DNA of 64,000 nucleotides from Cytophagaceae bacterium (lineage in GTDB: Bacteria > Bacteroidota > Bacteroidia > Cytophagales > UBA9547), in contig JAIYAU010000025.1 in the NCBI GenBank assembly GCA_027488865.1, positions 128,359 to 192,358 of the forward strand, read 5' to 3'. Positions 55,225 through 64,000 of this stretch are shown here, piece by piece; within the stretch, counting starts at the first letter, position 1, and every line of letters begins with the position of its first letter. Position numbers and translations under genes: made by a program. A model generated the notes under the pieces. The model was not told the origin of the DNA. It did not search any database and worked only from the letters and a program-made list of their open reading frames with translations.

Positions 55225-56055
55225 TTACTCTCTTACTCTTTTATAAATTTTTTCTTCATTGTTAACAGTAATAAACTTGTTGGCGATATCACACCAAACT
55301 AGTGTTTCTTTACTTCCAATAATAAGATAGCCATAATTAAATAAACTAGTATGAAACACCTTAAAAACTTCATTTTGCAAAGTTTGATTAAAATAAATCA
55401 TCACATTTCTGCAAAGAATAATGTCAAACTTTGAAAACCAACCAGTTTTAACCAAGTCGTGTTCTCTGAACGTAACGTTTCTAAGTAAATTTTGCTCCAT
55501 TATTACGTTTTGTCCGTCTATTTTATAGTAGTCTGAAAGTTTACCTTTACCTTCAAAACGCACATAATTTTTATCATTTACCTCTTGTGTATTTTTAAGA
55601 AGATATTTGCCTTCTTTGGCTTTTTTAATAATCACATGATCAATATCAGTGGCAAAGATTTTTACTTTGTCCAACCATCCATTTTCTTCAAGAAGCACAC
55701 ACATAGAAAAAACCTCTTCTCCAGACGAGCAGCCTGCATGCCAAATTTTAACCTCATTCTGCATTTGAAAAAGGTTAGGAAAGATTTGATCTCTTAAGAC
55801 CCTCCATAAGGACGGATCACGAAACATTTCAGTAACGTTTACTGTAATTTCGGATAGTAATGTTTTAGAAAATTCAGGCTCTTTAGTAAGTTTTTGGATG
55901 ATTTGATCAGCATTCGTAAACTTATAAAGTTCCATTATTCTAATAATCCTTCTTTTGAATGACGAAAGTGCGTAGTTTGTGAAATCATAAGAAAACTCAT
56001 CTTTAATAAAAGTGGCGAGTTTTTTGATTTCTGCTAACTCAATATCTTCAACCAT
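55225..56055 (-). CDS. cheR: CheR-type protein-glutamate O-methyltransferase
   Basis: FKRRIIRIM...TEMFRDPSLW...IWHAGCSSGEEVFS...FDIILCRNVMIYF. Confidence 0.85.
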   Translation of the reverse strand: MVEDIELAEIKKLATFIKDEFSYDFTNYALSSFKRRIIRIMELYKFTNADQIIQKLTKEPEFSKTLLSEITVNVTEMFRDPSLWRVLRDQIFPNLFQMQNEVKIWHAGCSSGEEVFSMCVLLEENGWLDKVKIFATDIDHVIIKKAKEGKYLLKNTQEVNDKNYVRFEGKGKLSDYYKIDGQNVIMEQNLLRNVTFREHDLVKTGWFSKFDIILCRNVMIYFNQTLQNEVFKVFHTSLFNYGYLIIGSKETLVWCDIANKFITVNNEEKIYKRVRE

Positions 56056-56254
56056 GCGAACGTATAATTATATAAGTGGGTATCTTTAATCAAAAATCAC
56101 CGATTCAAAAATTAAACTTTATTGAATTAAAAAAAACATTCAACAAAGCCACCGGCCAACCTAAACGAGTATACTGAAATTCACAACAACAAGTTTTAAT
56201 ATTTACTAAAAAAATATAACTAAAAATTAAAATTTAGACACAAATCCTCCAATT

Positions 56255-59200
56255 CTAGTTACCAAACTTAGGCATAGATTCAAGCATTACAAATGCGCCC
56301 CAATAAATGGCCTCAGGATGTTGTTCTTTAACTTTTGTTTTTGCGTAATTAAACGATTGGTTTTTGTTGGCTGAGACTAACCAGCTTTCATAAAAATATT
56401 TCATAAATTTTTGAGTAACTTCATCATTTACCTTAAACAATGTCATCACTACTGCTTTTGCGCCAGCAATAAAAAGAGAGCGTTGTAACCCGTATACTCC
56501 CTCTCCATTAACCACTTCGCCCCTTCCTGTTTCACATGCACTCAACACTACTAGCTCTGTGCCGTCTAGCTTGAGTGTGGCGGCCTCCATTGCTGTGAGT
56601 ATTCCTTTTTGGGCATTCACATTTAAACCAGCATCAAACAGATCTCCAGATCCCTTAAGCATAAGGCCAGAATTAAGAAGTGGATTTGCCATAAAATTAT
56701 TGTCATCTTCTGGTGTATTTTCTTTAAAAAAACCATGAGTGGCAATATGGAAAACTTTTGGACTATTCATTTTAACCAAGGTGTCTTCCGTAACTGATTT
56801 GCCCACTAGCAGTTGTATATTAAGACTTGATTTTAAAATAACAGAAATTTCATTTATTTCTTGTTCGGCACCTGGTAAAGAAGGCACAGATCTATTGGCT
56901 GCCTGTTCATTGATTACATAAAATTCAGGATTGCCACAAATTATATAATTGTCATTTTGTGGTTGAGACTTTCCATTCGTCTTTTTTATCAATGGTGGCT
57001 GGTTAAGAATATCTTTACTATTGGAGATAAATCTAAACTTATATTGATCAAAAAGACATTTATTGGTAGGAGTGGTAAAAGTTTCAGGGTTCATTTGGCT
57101 ATAAACGCCATCTGGAGAGAAATAAATAGTCTTAATTCCCTTGAGCTGATTATCAATGGGCTGCCAAAAATTCTTATAAGTAAGATTGTCATTCAACTTT
57201 TTAATGATTGCATTTCTGTAATATTTAAAATAACGCTTTTCTAAATGAGATGCATTGGGAATGATAACACACAAAGGATTTGATCGTGTTTGTTGGGTTA
57301 CTACCAAAGCTGCATAAAGTGCAGAATCGAGAAATTTATGGTTAAAGTATCTAAAATGTACCATTTCTACTACAGCTTCATCCGGGGTAAGTACATCTCG
57401 AATATTTTGCCAATCAATTTTCCTTTTATTGGCTTCTGTGTCAAATAGCTGTGAACGAGTATTTATTGACTTTTCTAATTGGTCAATTTGATTCTCTAAT
57501 AGTGGCAAATCAATGCCTTGTTCTGCCAATTGTGTTTTACTCAGAGCGTAAGCAGTATTCATTACCTCTTTCTTTTCAACCCAACTATCATATAAACTAA
57601 TTAATAGGGTATCGCCACTTGTAAAAATCTTTTGTCTTACCTTGGTGTCTGATGCCAATAAAATGGCCTTAGTAGAAATGACGTTATTAAATACCTTGCT
57701 AATTTCACTTGGTTTTTCTGTGATAAATTGGCTACATATTAAAAAATTAAAAAACTCAAACTCATCTTTTATGGAATTCCAGTAGTTACCCTTTTGACCA
57801 AAACTCATACTTGGAAATAACTTATCCACAATTTTTAGATAAGTAGGAATGATCTCTTCCATAACATCTAAAGAATTGTTGTATTGTTTTAACATAAATA
57901 ATGAGCGTGCTTCGTGTCCTTTGCTTTTGTTGTACAAAGGATGGTTAATTGAAAAAATTGATTTATACTGGTCTGACGACTCTTTAAAGTATTTTAGTGC
58001 GTTTTTATAATCTTTTGATCCATAATACATTTTACCACTCAAGAAGGCAAGTTCGGCGCTTACGGATGACTCCCCTTTCACATTTTGATAATAGGCAACA
58101 GCCTTACTTAAAAGATTTTTTGCTTCTACAAAATTTTCAACGGTTATTAAAAACTCTGCATTTCTAATAAGGACATTAATATAAATTGGGTTATTTTCAC
58201 CAAGGCTTGTTCGAGCTAGTTTAATGGCGTTGTCATACAAAGCCATCACTTCTTTCACATCAAACTTTGAAGATCTCACCTTAATTTTTGCCTTCAAAAG
58301 TAGGATATCAATATTATTGAAATTGTTAGTTCCATATACCGTATTTTGGATAGTTGTAGCCACATTAATATCGTCTAGCGCTTTCTTATAGTCAGCAATG
58401 GCCTCGTAGTATTGTGCGGCCATAATTTTAGCACGTGCATAGGTTACGCCTTTTTCACCAAATCCTTTTGCTGAAATTTCTAATGCAGTGGTAACGTACT
58501 TGTCGGCTTGAGGGTAATTACCTTTAATGATATCTAATTGAGCCATTAAATGAAACAACTCAAGAGCAATTGATGAATATGGTACCTTAGTTTTTACTAT
58601 TTGGTAGGCGTTTTGAAGCTGTTTTTGTGCTTTTAAAAAATTCCCACTTTGTAAATAAATCGCACCCAACGCAATATTATTTTCTACCTCCAATTCTAGA
58701 TTTTTGTGCGTTAAACGCGCTTTGCTGAAACTTACCATTTCAGATTTTAATTTATTTTCTTTATCATACTGCCCAGTAATACCATAAATCTCACGCAGAA
58801 GTAACGTGCATTTTAACTTTTCAGGGTCTTGATTGGAAAGATTTTTTTGTTCCAACTCATAGGTAGCTAAAATCTCGTTTGCTTGAGAAATTTTGCCCTT
58901 TAGCAATAAATAATATGCTGATTTTAGGTTGTAATAAATTTTTAGTCCATTTTCATTCGGGTGAATATTAGTAGCTAAATTGGCATGTATAACTGCAGAA
59001 TCCAACAAGCCTACCTTGAAATAATAATCCGCTAAAAACGACTGCAAAAATGCCATTTCAAAACTTACAGGATGTAATTGTAACAATTGGTTTGGCAAAT
59101 CTTTTTCAACTACTTGTCTAAGTGAATCGGCAATACCCACGTATTTTAAAACTAAAACTCCCTTATAAGCTGCCCATTTATCCAAGTAAGGGGAGTTACT

Positions 59201-60418
59201 GGCTAAAAAAGGATTTTGACTATGAATAATATCATTAATAAATCCAACAGCTTTTATTGGGTTTAGTTGCTCTTGACTCCATTTAGCCCCCATTGCCAAT
59301 GCTGATAATCTTGAAGGGTGATTTTTGGGCAAATGACCATATTCTTTAAGAAATGCTTCTAAGTCATAAATACCTTGGCTTGGGTCCTCCCAATAGAATT
59401 GTTTAACTGCTAGAGCCAAATTATAATAGGGCTGAAAAGGCTCAAAAAGTCCAGAATTGCTATTGGCCAAAATTTGTAATTTCCTTAAAAGCGCATCGGT
59501 TTGGACAGGTTGATTATTATAAATGTGGCAAACAATGTTTTGGAATAAAATTTCGATTTTTGTTGGATTTTTATCAAAACTACTGCAAGCTGCAAATGCC
59601 TCAGTATAAGCATTTATCGCTTTGTCGATGTTACTTTCGTTTTGAAACATCTGTCCTTCTTGTTTACAAACTCTTGCATAATGGGTTGAAGGGCGCCCTA
59701 AGTTTTCCTTAATGAGTTTTTTTGATTTTGAAATATTGATGGCTGCGTTGTCATCATCTCCTTGTCCTAAATAAATTTCATTTTTAAGTATTAATAACTC
59801 TGCAAAAACCGAAGTTTTAAATAATAGATCATTTTTATTAATGGCACTTAACTTAAATTCGGCATTAGAGGTTTTAGTGGAGATTAAAGAATTAAAATAA
59901 TTTTCTAGGGGCAAAACCATTTCTAATGCTTGATTGAGCCAACCAGTTTTGGCCTTTATGGTTGCGAGTTGTAATTGTAACAAATTGTTTTCCAGCTCGG
60001 TATTACTTTTATCTTGAGCCTTACCGTTATAAATAAGGGCTTCATTAAAATTACCGATGTACAAATAATAATCTGCTAGTGCATGATAAATATCAAATCT
60101 TTCGGTGACTGGAAAGACAGTCCCTAACAAGTTTACAAATGCCTGTTCAATGGCTTTAGCTTTTTCAAAATCTGCATTATCGTAATGAGCCTTAGCTAAT
60201 AGGCAATAAGTTTTAAAATAAAACCTATTTGGAGTAGAGGCATTTTTCTTATTGTTTATAGCAACAGTAGCTGATGCTATTACTTCATCAATATCACCTT
60301 CGTTATATTTGTAAAACAAGTATCCATATTTAGACTCTAGTCGTTCCGCAGTAGCAGGAGAGCCAAGAAAAAAACATACACTTAAAAATATGGCAAAAAT
60401 ATAAGTTTTAAGATTCAT
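56255..60418 (-). CDS. secreted TPR-repeat protein with C-terminal CHAT (caspase-like) protease domain
   Basis: Signal peptide, ~900 aa of TPR-like repeats, and a CHAT core with FHIATHGFF (His) and LVVLSACETGRGE (Cys). Confidence 0.9.
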   Translation of the reverse strand: MNLKTYIFAIFLSVCFFLGSPATAERLESKYGYLFYKYNEGDIDEVIASATVAINNKKNASTPNRFYFKTYCLLAKAHYDNADFEKAKAIEQAFVNLLGTVFPVTERFDIYHALADYYLYIGNFNEALIYNGKAQDKSNTELENNLLQLQLATIKAKTGWLNQALEMVLPLENYFNSLISTKTSNAEFKLSAINKNDLLFKTSVFAELLILKNEIYLGQGDDDNAAINISKSKKLIKENLGRPSTHYARVCKQEGQMFQNESNIDKAINAYTEAFAACSSFDKNPTKIEILFQNIVCHIYNNQPVQTDALLRKLQILANSNSGLFEPFQPYYNLALAVKQFYWEDPSQGIYDLEAFLKEYGHLPKNHPSRLSALAMGAKWSQEQLNPIKAVGFINDIIHSQNPFLASNSPYLDKWAAYKGVLVLKYVGIADSLRQVVEKDLPNQLLQLHPVSFEMAFLQSFLADYYFKVGLLDSAVIHANLATNIHPNENGLKIYYNLKSAYYLLLKGKISQANEILATYELEQKNLSNQDPEKLKCTLLLREIYGITGQYDKENKLKSEMVSFSKARLTHKNLELEVENNIALGAIYLQSGNFLKAQKQLQNAYQIVKTKVPYSSIALELFHLMAQLDIIKGNYPQADKYVTTALEISAKGFGEKGVTYARAKIMAAQYYEAIADYKKALDDINVATTIQNTVYGTNNFNNIDILLLKAKIKVRSSKFDVKEVMALYDNAIKLARTSLGENNPIYINVLIRNAEFLITVENFVEAKNLLSKAVAYYQNVKGESSVSAELAFLSGKMYYGSKDYKNALKYFKESSDQYKSIFSINHPLYNKSKGHEARSLFMLKQYNNSLDVMEEIIPTYLKIVDKLFPSMSFGQKGNYWNSIKDEFEFFNFLICSQFITEKPSEISKVFNNVISTKAILLASDTKVRQKIFTSGDTLLISLYDSWVEKKEVMNTAYALSKTQLAEQGIDLPLLENQIDQLEKSINTRSQLFDTEANKRKIDWQNIRDVLTPDEAVVEMVHFRYFNHKFLDSALYAALVVTQQTRSNPLCVIIPNASHLEKRYFKYYRNAIIKKLNDNLTYKNFWQPIDNQLKGIKTIYFSPDGVYSQMNPETFTTPTNKCLFDQYKFRFISNSKDILNQPPLIKKTNGKSQPQNDNYIICGNPEFYVINEQAANRSVPSLPGAEQEINEISVILKSSLNIQLLVGKSVTEDTLVKMNSPKVFHIATHGFFKENTPEDDNNFMANPLLNSGLMLKGSGDLFDAGLNVNAQKGILTAMEAATLKLDGTELVVLSACETGRGEVVNGEGVYGLQRSLFIAGAKAVVMTLFKVNDEVTQKFMKYFYESWLVSANKNQSFNYAKTKVKEQHPEAIYWGAFVMLESMPKFGN

Positions 60419-60489
60419 CGATGAAAACAGATAATCTGTTAGGGTTTTATACTAAGAGCTACAAATGAACTTTCAGTGTTAATATAATA

Positions 60490-60530
60490 ATAAAAAAATC
60501 ATGATTCTTATGGTTTAAAGAACCATGATT
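60490..60530 (-). terminator. rho-independent terminator after osmC
   Basis: AATCATGATTCTT / AAGAACCATGATT (12 of 13 bp). On the minus strand it is followed by TTTTTTTATTATT. Confidence 0.6.
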
Positions 60531-60557
60531 ATTAAGCACTTTAACTTAATTAAAAAA

Positions 60558-60968
60558 TCAAGCTAATGATGCTTCTACTGATATTTTGGTATTTAAAAGT
60601 TTGGAAATAGGGCAATTGGCCTCTGCATCTGCCACTAGTTCGTCAAATTTAGCTTGATCAAGACCTGGCACAACTGCTTGCACAGTAATATGAGAAGAGG
60701 TAATTACACCATTGTCCAAAGTAATAACACAAGAAGAATCAATTGAAGTTGGTACAAATCCAGCTCCACCTATGTTAAAACTAAGTTTCATTGAGAAACA
60801 TCCTGCATGTGCGGCAGCTACTAGTTCTTCAGGATTAGTTCCGATGCCTTCTTCAAAACGTGAATTAAATGAATATTGTGTTTTGTTTAAGACAGTACTT
60901 TGTGTAGATAATACACCGTGGCCTTCTTTGCCAGAACCTATCCAATTTGCAGTTGCGTTCCTTTTCAT
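60558..60968 (-). CDS. osmC: OsmC family peroxiredoxin
   Basis: NPEELVAAAHAGCFSM ... AEANCPISK: the two conserved Cys motifs of OsmC. Confidence 0.9.
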   Translation of the reverse strand: MKRNATANWIGSGKEGHGVLSTQSTVLNKTQYSFNSRFEEGIGTNPEELVAAAHAGCFSMKLSFNIGGAGFVPTSIDSSCVITLDNGVITSSHITVQAVVPGLDQAKFDELVADAEANCPISKLLNTKISVEASLA

Positions 60969-61184
60969 GTTTTAAAAATTTACTATTCTAAAAAGATTTA
61001 TTTTGTATTTTGTCAAAAATAGACAACCTAGTTGGCACAAGCAAACAAAATAAATGAAATATTTTAACACAAGTTTTGCCGCACAATATAAAAAAATACC
61101 CAAACTCCGAGTTATTTCATTAGGCCCACTTTCTTTGAAGCCAATTTATACTTAAACTCTTCAATCAAAAATACAAAAATTAAA

Positions 61185-61222
61185 CCTAATAGGGAGTTCC
61201 TTGATGGACAAACCCTATTAGG
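61185..61222 (-). terminator. rho-independent terminator after the VWA gene
   Basis: CCTAATAGGG / CCCTATTAGG, a 10-bp stem with T-runs on both sides. Confidence 0.6.
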
Positions 61223-61236
61223 CTTTTTCAATTATC

Positions 61237-62991
61237 TTATCTGCGGGTTGAATTTAAATCATTCAACAAACTTGCTGTTTTTACCAATTTAATAAACTTT
61301 GTCCTATAACCTTCATTGTCAGCTCCTACAGCACTTTTGGCTAACTCTATCACACCTTCATAAGAAAGATCGCCTTTGTATTTGGAATCGCGTAGTAACA
61401 TACCAAATGAAGCCACAGCCGCTGAAAATTTAAAATTTTCGGAAGAAGAAGATAAACTTACTTGCTTGTCCAACAATGGATGTACAATTAACTTACTTAT
61501 TGTATCTTGTGGTGACTTGTATCTGAACTTGACGGTCAAAATTTCATTAGAAACTTTGTTAGTATTTTTAGCCACAGTTTGTTGATATTTAAGCGCATCA
61601 ACTGATCCACTTACGTCTTCTTTGCTATCTGCAGGGATAATTTCATAAAGTGCTGTAACTGTATGTCCGGCCCCCAACTCACCTGCATCTTTTTTATCAT
61701 CATTAAAATCCTCTTTTTTGAGCATTCTGTTTTCGTATCCCACTAAACGGTAAGCCTTTACTTTGGCAGGGTTAAACTCAACTTGTATTTTAACATCCTT
61801 TGCTATGGTATTCAAGGTGCCGTCAATATCAGTAACAAATACTTTCTTAGCTTCATTGATGTTATCGATGTAAAAATAATTACCATTGCCATTGTCTGCA
61901 ATACTTTCCATTTTAGAATCTTTATAGTTACCCATTCCAAAGCCAAGAACAGAAATAAAAATGTCATCTTTTCTTTTGTCTTCGATTAAACGGGTCATTT
62001 CTGCATCTGATGAAGCACCGATGTTAAAGTCGCCGTCGGTGGCCAAAATTACCCTGTTGTGACCATTCTTAATTAGATTTTCCTTGGCAATCTTATAAGC
62101 AAGCTCGATTCCTTCACCGCCTGCGGTAGAGCCACCAGCTTGTAGATTATCCAAAGCATCAAGAATTTTGTTTTTTTCGCTACCAGAAGTAGCAGGAAGC
62201 ACCAAACCAGCCGCACCAGCATAAACCACCATGGCAATTTTATCTTGGGGTCTTAATTTTTTTACTAACAAACCAAATGATTGTTTAAGTAATGGTAGCT
62301 TGTTTTTATCTTCCATAGAGCCAGATACATCAATTAAGAAAACCAAGTTAATAGGAGCCATTTCTACAAAGTCATGTTTAACTCCTTGCAAACCAATATG
62401 AATAAGTTTTCTATTTTTATTCCAGGGACATTCGGATATTTCTGTATTGATAGAAAAAGGATGTTTTCCTGTGGGTTGAGGATATTGATAATCAAAGTAA
62501 TTGATAAATTCTTCAATTCTTACAGCATCTATTGGCGGCAAGGTGTTATTATCCAAATATCGCCTACAGTTGGTATAGCTTGCATTATCTACATCAATGC
62601 TGAAAGTAGACAATGGATTATTATTAACAGCTAAATAATCATTTTCTTTAATGATATTATATCCTTCTGTATTATAATCCTTTACGATTACCTCCTCATC
62701 ATTTGAGTTATTAAAAGTGGAGGAAATAGATTTTTTGCTTTCAGGTCCATTTTGGATTTGACTAGGATATTGTTGTTCTCCCATAGACTCATCCTTTTTA
62801 TATTTAGATAATCCGCTTGGAGAATTTACTTCCTCAGGAGCTACTTGATCGGTAACCTCATTTGATTCAGATTTGGTCTCATAACCAAAAGTATAGGTGT
62901 TACAAGTCTTACATCCTTTTTTGCAAGAAAACATTGTAAACGAAAGGACCAACAATAAACCAACCAATAAGGTTGAAAATAGATTTTTCAT
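61237..62991 (-). CDS. von Willebrand factor A domain lipoprotein (YfbK-like, VWA + DUF3520-type C-terminus)
   Basis: Lipobox FSCKK and a MIDAS motif in VFLIDVSGSMEDKNKL. Confidence 0.85.
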   Translation of the reverse strand: MKNLFSTLLVGLLLVLSFTMFSCKKGCKTCNTYTFGYETKSESNEVTDQVAPEEVNSPSGLSKYKKDESMGEQQYPSQIQNGPESKKSISSTFNNSNDEEVIVKDYNTEGYNIIKENDYLAVNNNPLSTFSIDVDNASYTNCRRYLDNNTLPPIDAVRIEEFINYFDYQYPQPTGKHPFSINTEISECPWNKNRKLIHIGLQGVKHDFVEMAPINLVFLIDVSGSMEDKNKLPLLKQSFGLLVKKLRPQDKIAMVVYAGAAGLVLPATSGSEKNKILDALDNLQAGGSTAGGEGIELAYKIAKENLIKNGHNRVILATDGDFNIGASSDAEMTRLIEDKRKDDIFISVLGFGMGNYKDSKMESIADNGNGNYFYIDNINEAKKVFVTDIDGTLNTIAKDVKIQVEFNPAKVKAYRLVGYENRMLKKEDFNDDKKDAGELGAGHTVTALYEIIPADSKEDVSGSVDALKYQQTVAKNTNKVSNEILTVKFRYKSPQDTISKLIVHPLLDKQVSLSSSSENFKFSAAVASFGMLLRDSKYKGDLSYEGVIELAKSAVGADNEGYRTKFIKLVKTASLLNDLNSTRR

Positions 62992-63156
62992 AAGAAAGAG
63001 ATTTAGTGTGAAAAGAAATTAAAGTTCAATTTCCTTTAAGATGTAAGCGTCTAAAAAATTCCATAAAAAATTAAAAATATTTTCAATCTTTTAAATCCAA
63101 TGAATGAAATTATTAATCATTTCGCAATTTTATTCGGTTAAATATCAAATAAAATG

Positions 63157-63164
63157 TAATTTTG
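63157..63164 (+). promoter_or_regulatory. -7 box TAATTTTG upstream of the 7TM-DISM gene
   Basis: Exact TAnnTTTG, 29 nt before ATG 63194. Confidence 0.35.
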
Positions 63165-63193
63165 CAAGAAAGTATATCATTATTTACTGCTTC

Positions 63194-64000
63194 ATGCGTT
63201 ACACCTATTTATATGTTTTTCTGGGAGTATTGTGCCTTAGCCTCAATACCTTTGCACGCCAAAAGAATATCTTGGAAGTAGAAGATTATCAAAATGATTT
63301 TTTTATTACCAATGACCACATAGAAGTATATGAAGATTTTGAGAAAAGGCTTTCACTAAGCGATGTGCTTTTGCCCGAAAATCAAAAATATTTTAAAACA
63401 CAAAACACCAGTGACAACTTCCCCTACCTGCTTACCAATCAGGCAGTTTATTGGATCAAGGTTACGGTTAAACTCAAAAAACCAACCACAAAACGCTGGG
63501 TATTAGAAAACCAAGATTTACATATAGATCAATTTGAATTTTATAAAATAGATGGTGGCCACTACATAAAACAGGATGCAGGATATGCACTTAATTTTGG
63601 CGTACGCGATTATGAGCATAAGAATTTTGTATTTGATTTACCACTTGACACATTTCCGCAAACATTTTATATAAAAGCTAGCGCCAAAAACAAGTATGTC
63701 TTAAAATTAAAGATAAGAACAGGTAGTTTTTTCACTTCATATGCTCTTAAGGAATACTTTGCTCTAGGTATTTTTTATGGCATCATCCTTATCATGGCAG
63801 CTTATAATTTATTTGTATATTTTTCGGTAAAAGAGAAGGTATATTTATACTACGTAGCGTATGCGCTTAGTTGTTGTTTGATTGCACTTTCTGAGGATGG
63901 CCTCGGTTTTCAATTTATTTGGCCTCAGTTTTATCAACTGAATCACCTTTTGGCCATGTTTTCGCCGTTACTTTTGCTATTAAGCTTTTCGTTATATTCC
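63194..64000 (+). CDS. 7TM-DISM sensor protein, N-terminal part (7TMR-DISMED2 extracellular domain plus first TM helices); runs off window end
   Basis: The frame is open from ATG 63194 to the window end. It reads MRYTYLYVFLGVLCLSLNTFA..., AVYWIKVTV...WVLENQDLHIDQFEFY (DISMED2 pattern), then FALGIFYGIILIMAAYNLFVYF TM helices. Confidence 0.8.
   Translation, partial: MRYTYLYVFLGVLCLSLNTFARQKNILEVEDYQNDFFITNDHIEVYEDFEKRLSLSDVLLPENQKYFKTQNTSDNFPYLLTNQAVYWIKVTVKLKKPTTKRWVLENQDLHIDQFEFYKIDGGHYIKQDAGYALNFGVRDYEHKNFVFDLPLDTFPQTFYIKASAKNKYVLKLKIRTGSFFTSYALKEYFALGIFYGIILIMAAYNLFVYFSVKEKVYLYYVAYALSCCLIALSEDGLGFQFIWPQFYQLNHLLAMFSPLLLLLSFSLYS

Overview
AT-rich chromosomal window of Bacteroidota type. Support for the phylum call: perfect TAnnTTTG -7 promoter boxes sit in front of many genes, a LolA-like gene follows ftsK, and there are many lipoprotein and beta-barrel ORFs. 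All protein calls come from reading the ORF translations by eye; no searches were run. I support about 50 CDS and saw no rRNA, tRNA or CRISPR array.

Layout:
- (i) 1-1.6 kb: transaldolase and an amidinotransferase-fold enzyme.
- (ii) 1.8-15.9 kb: an accessory patchwork. It holds an Rpn/PD-(D/E)XK nuclease, orphan small ORFs, PhyH, ATP-grasp, two Crp/Fnr regulators, YciI, three VOC proteins and a SUKH-like protein. It also contains three unusual non-coding repeat systems: a dispersed promoter-like leader repeat heading unrelated ORFs, a 21-bp phased array, and a 41-bp tandem array of palindromes.
- (iii) 15.9-18.8 kb: a stand-alone tail-fibre-like protein with a peptidase S74 C-terminal domain.
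- (iv) 19.2-28.9 kb: a six-gene minus-strand glycan-utilisation-like operon (GH3, three copies of an unknown beta-sandwich-like domain, a lipoprotein, two large putative beta-barrels) with no SusC/SusD pair.
- (v) 29.5-38 kb: housekeeping genes (ftsK, lolA-like, pyrF, a GAF-PAS histidine kinase, pheT).
- (vi) 41.9-46.4 kb: an MbnP/MbnH-type operon with a second di-haem peroxidase paralogue.
- (vii) 46.4-47.8 kb: a 2-oxoacid dehydrogenase E2.
- (viii) 48-60.4 kb: a co-directional signalling cluster (CHAT-TPR, CheR, CheB, GAF, HAMP-GAF-PAS-PP2C, SiaB-like kinase, DUF1987/SiaC-like, LRR protein) with no MCP, CheA or CheW.
- (ix) osmC, a VWA lipoprotein and the 5' part of a 7TM-DISM sensor.

The best candidates for undescribed biology are the leader-repeat cassette region, the two phased repeat arrays, the SusCD-less glycan operon and the MCP-less CheBR / partner-switch cluster.
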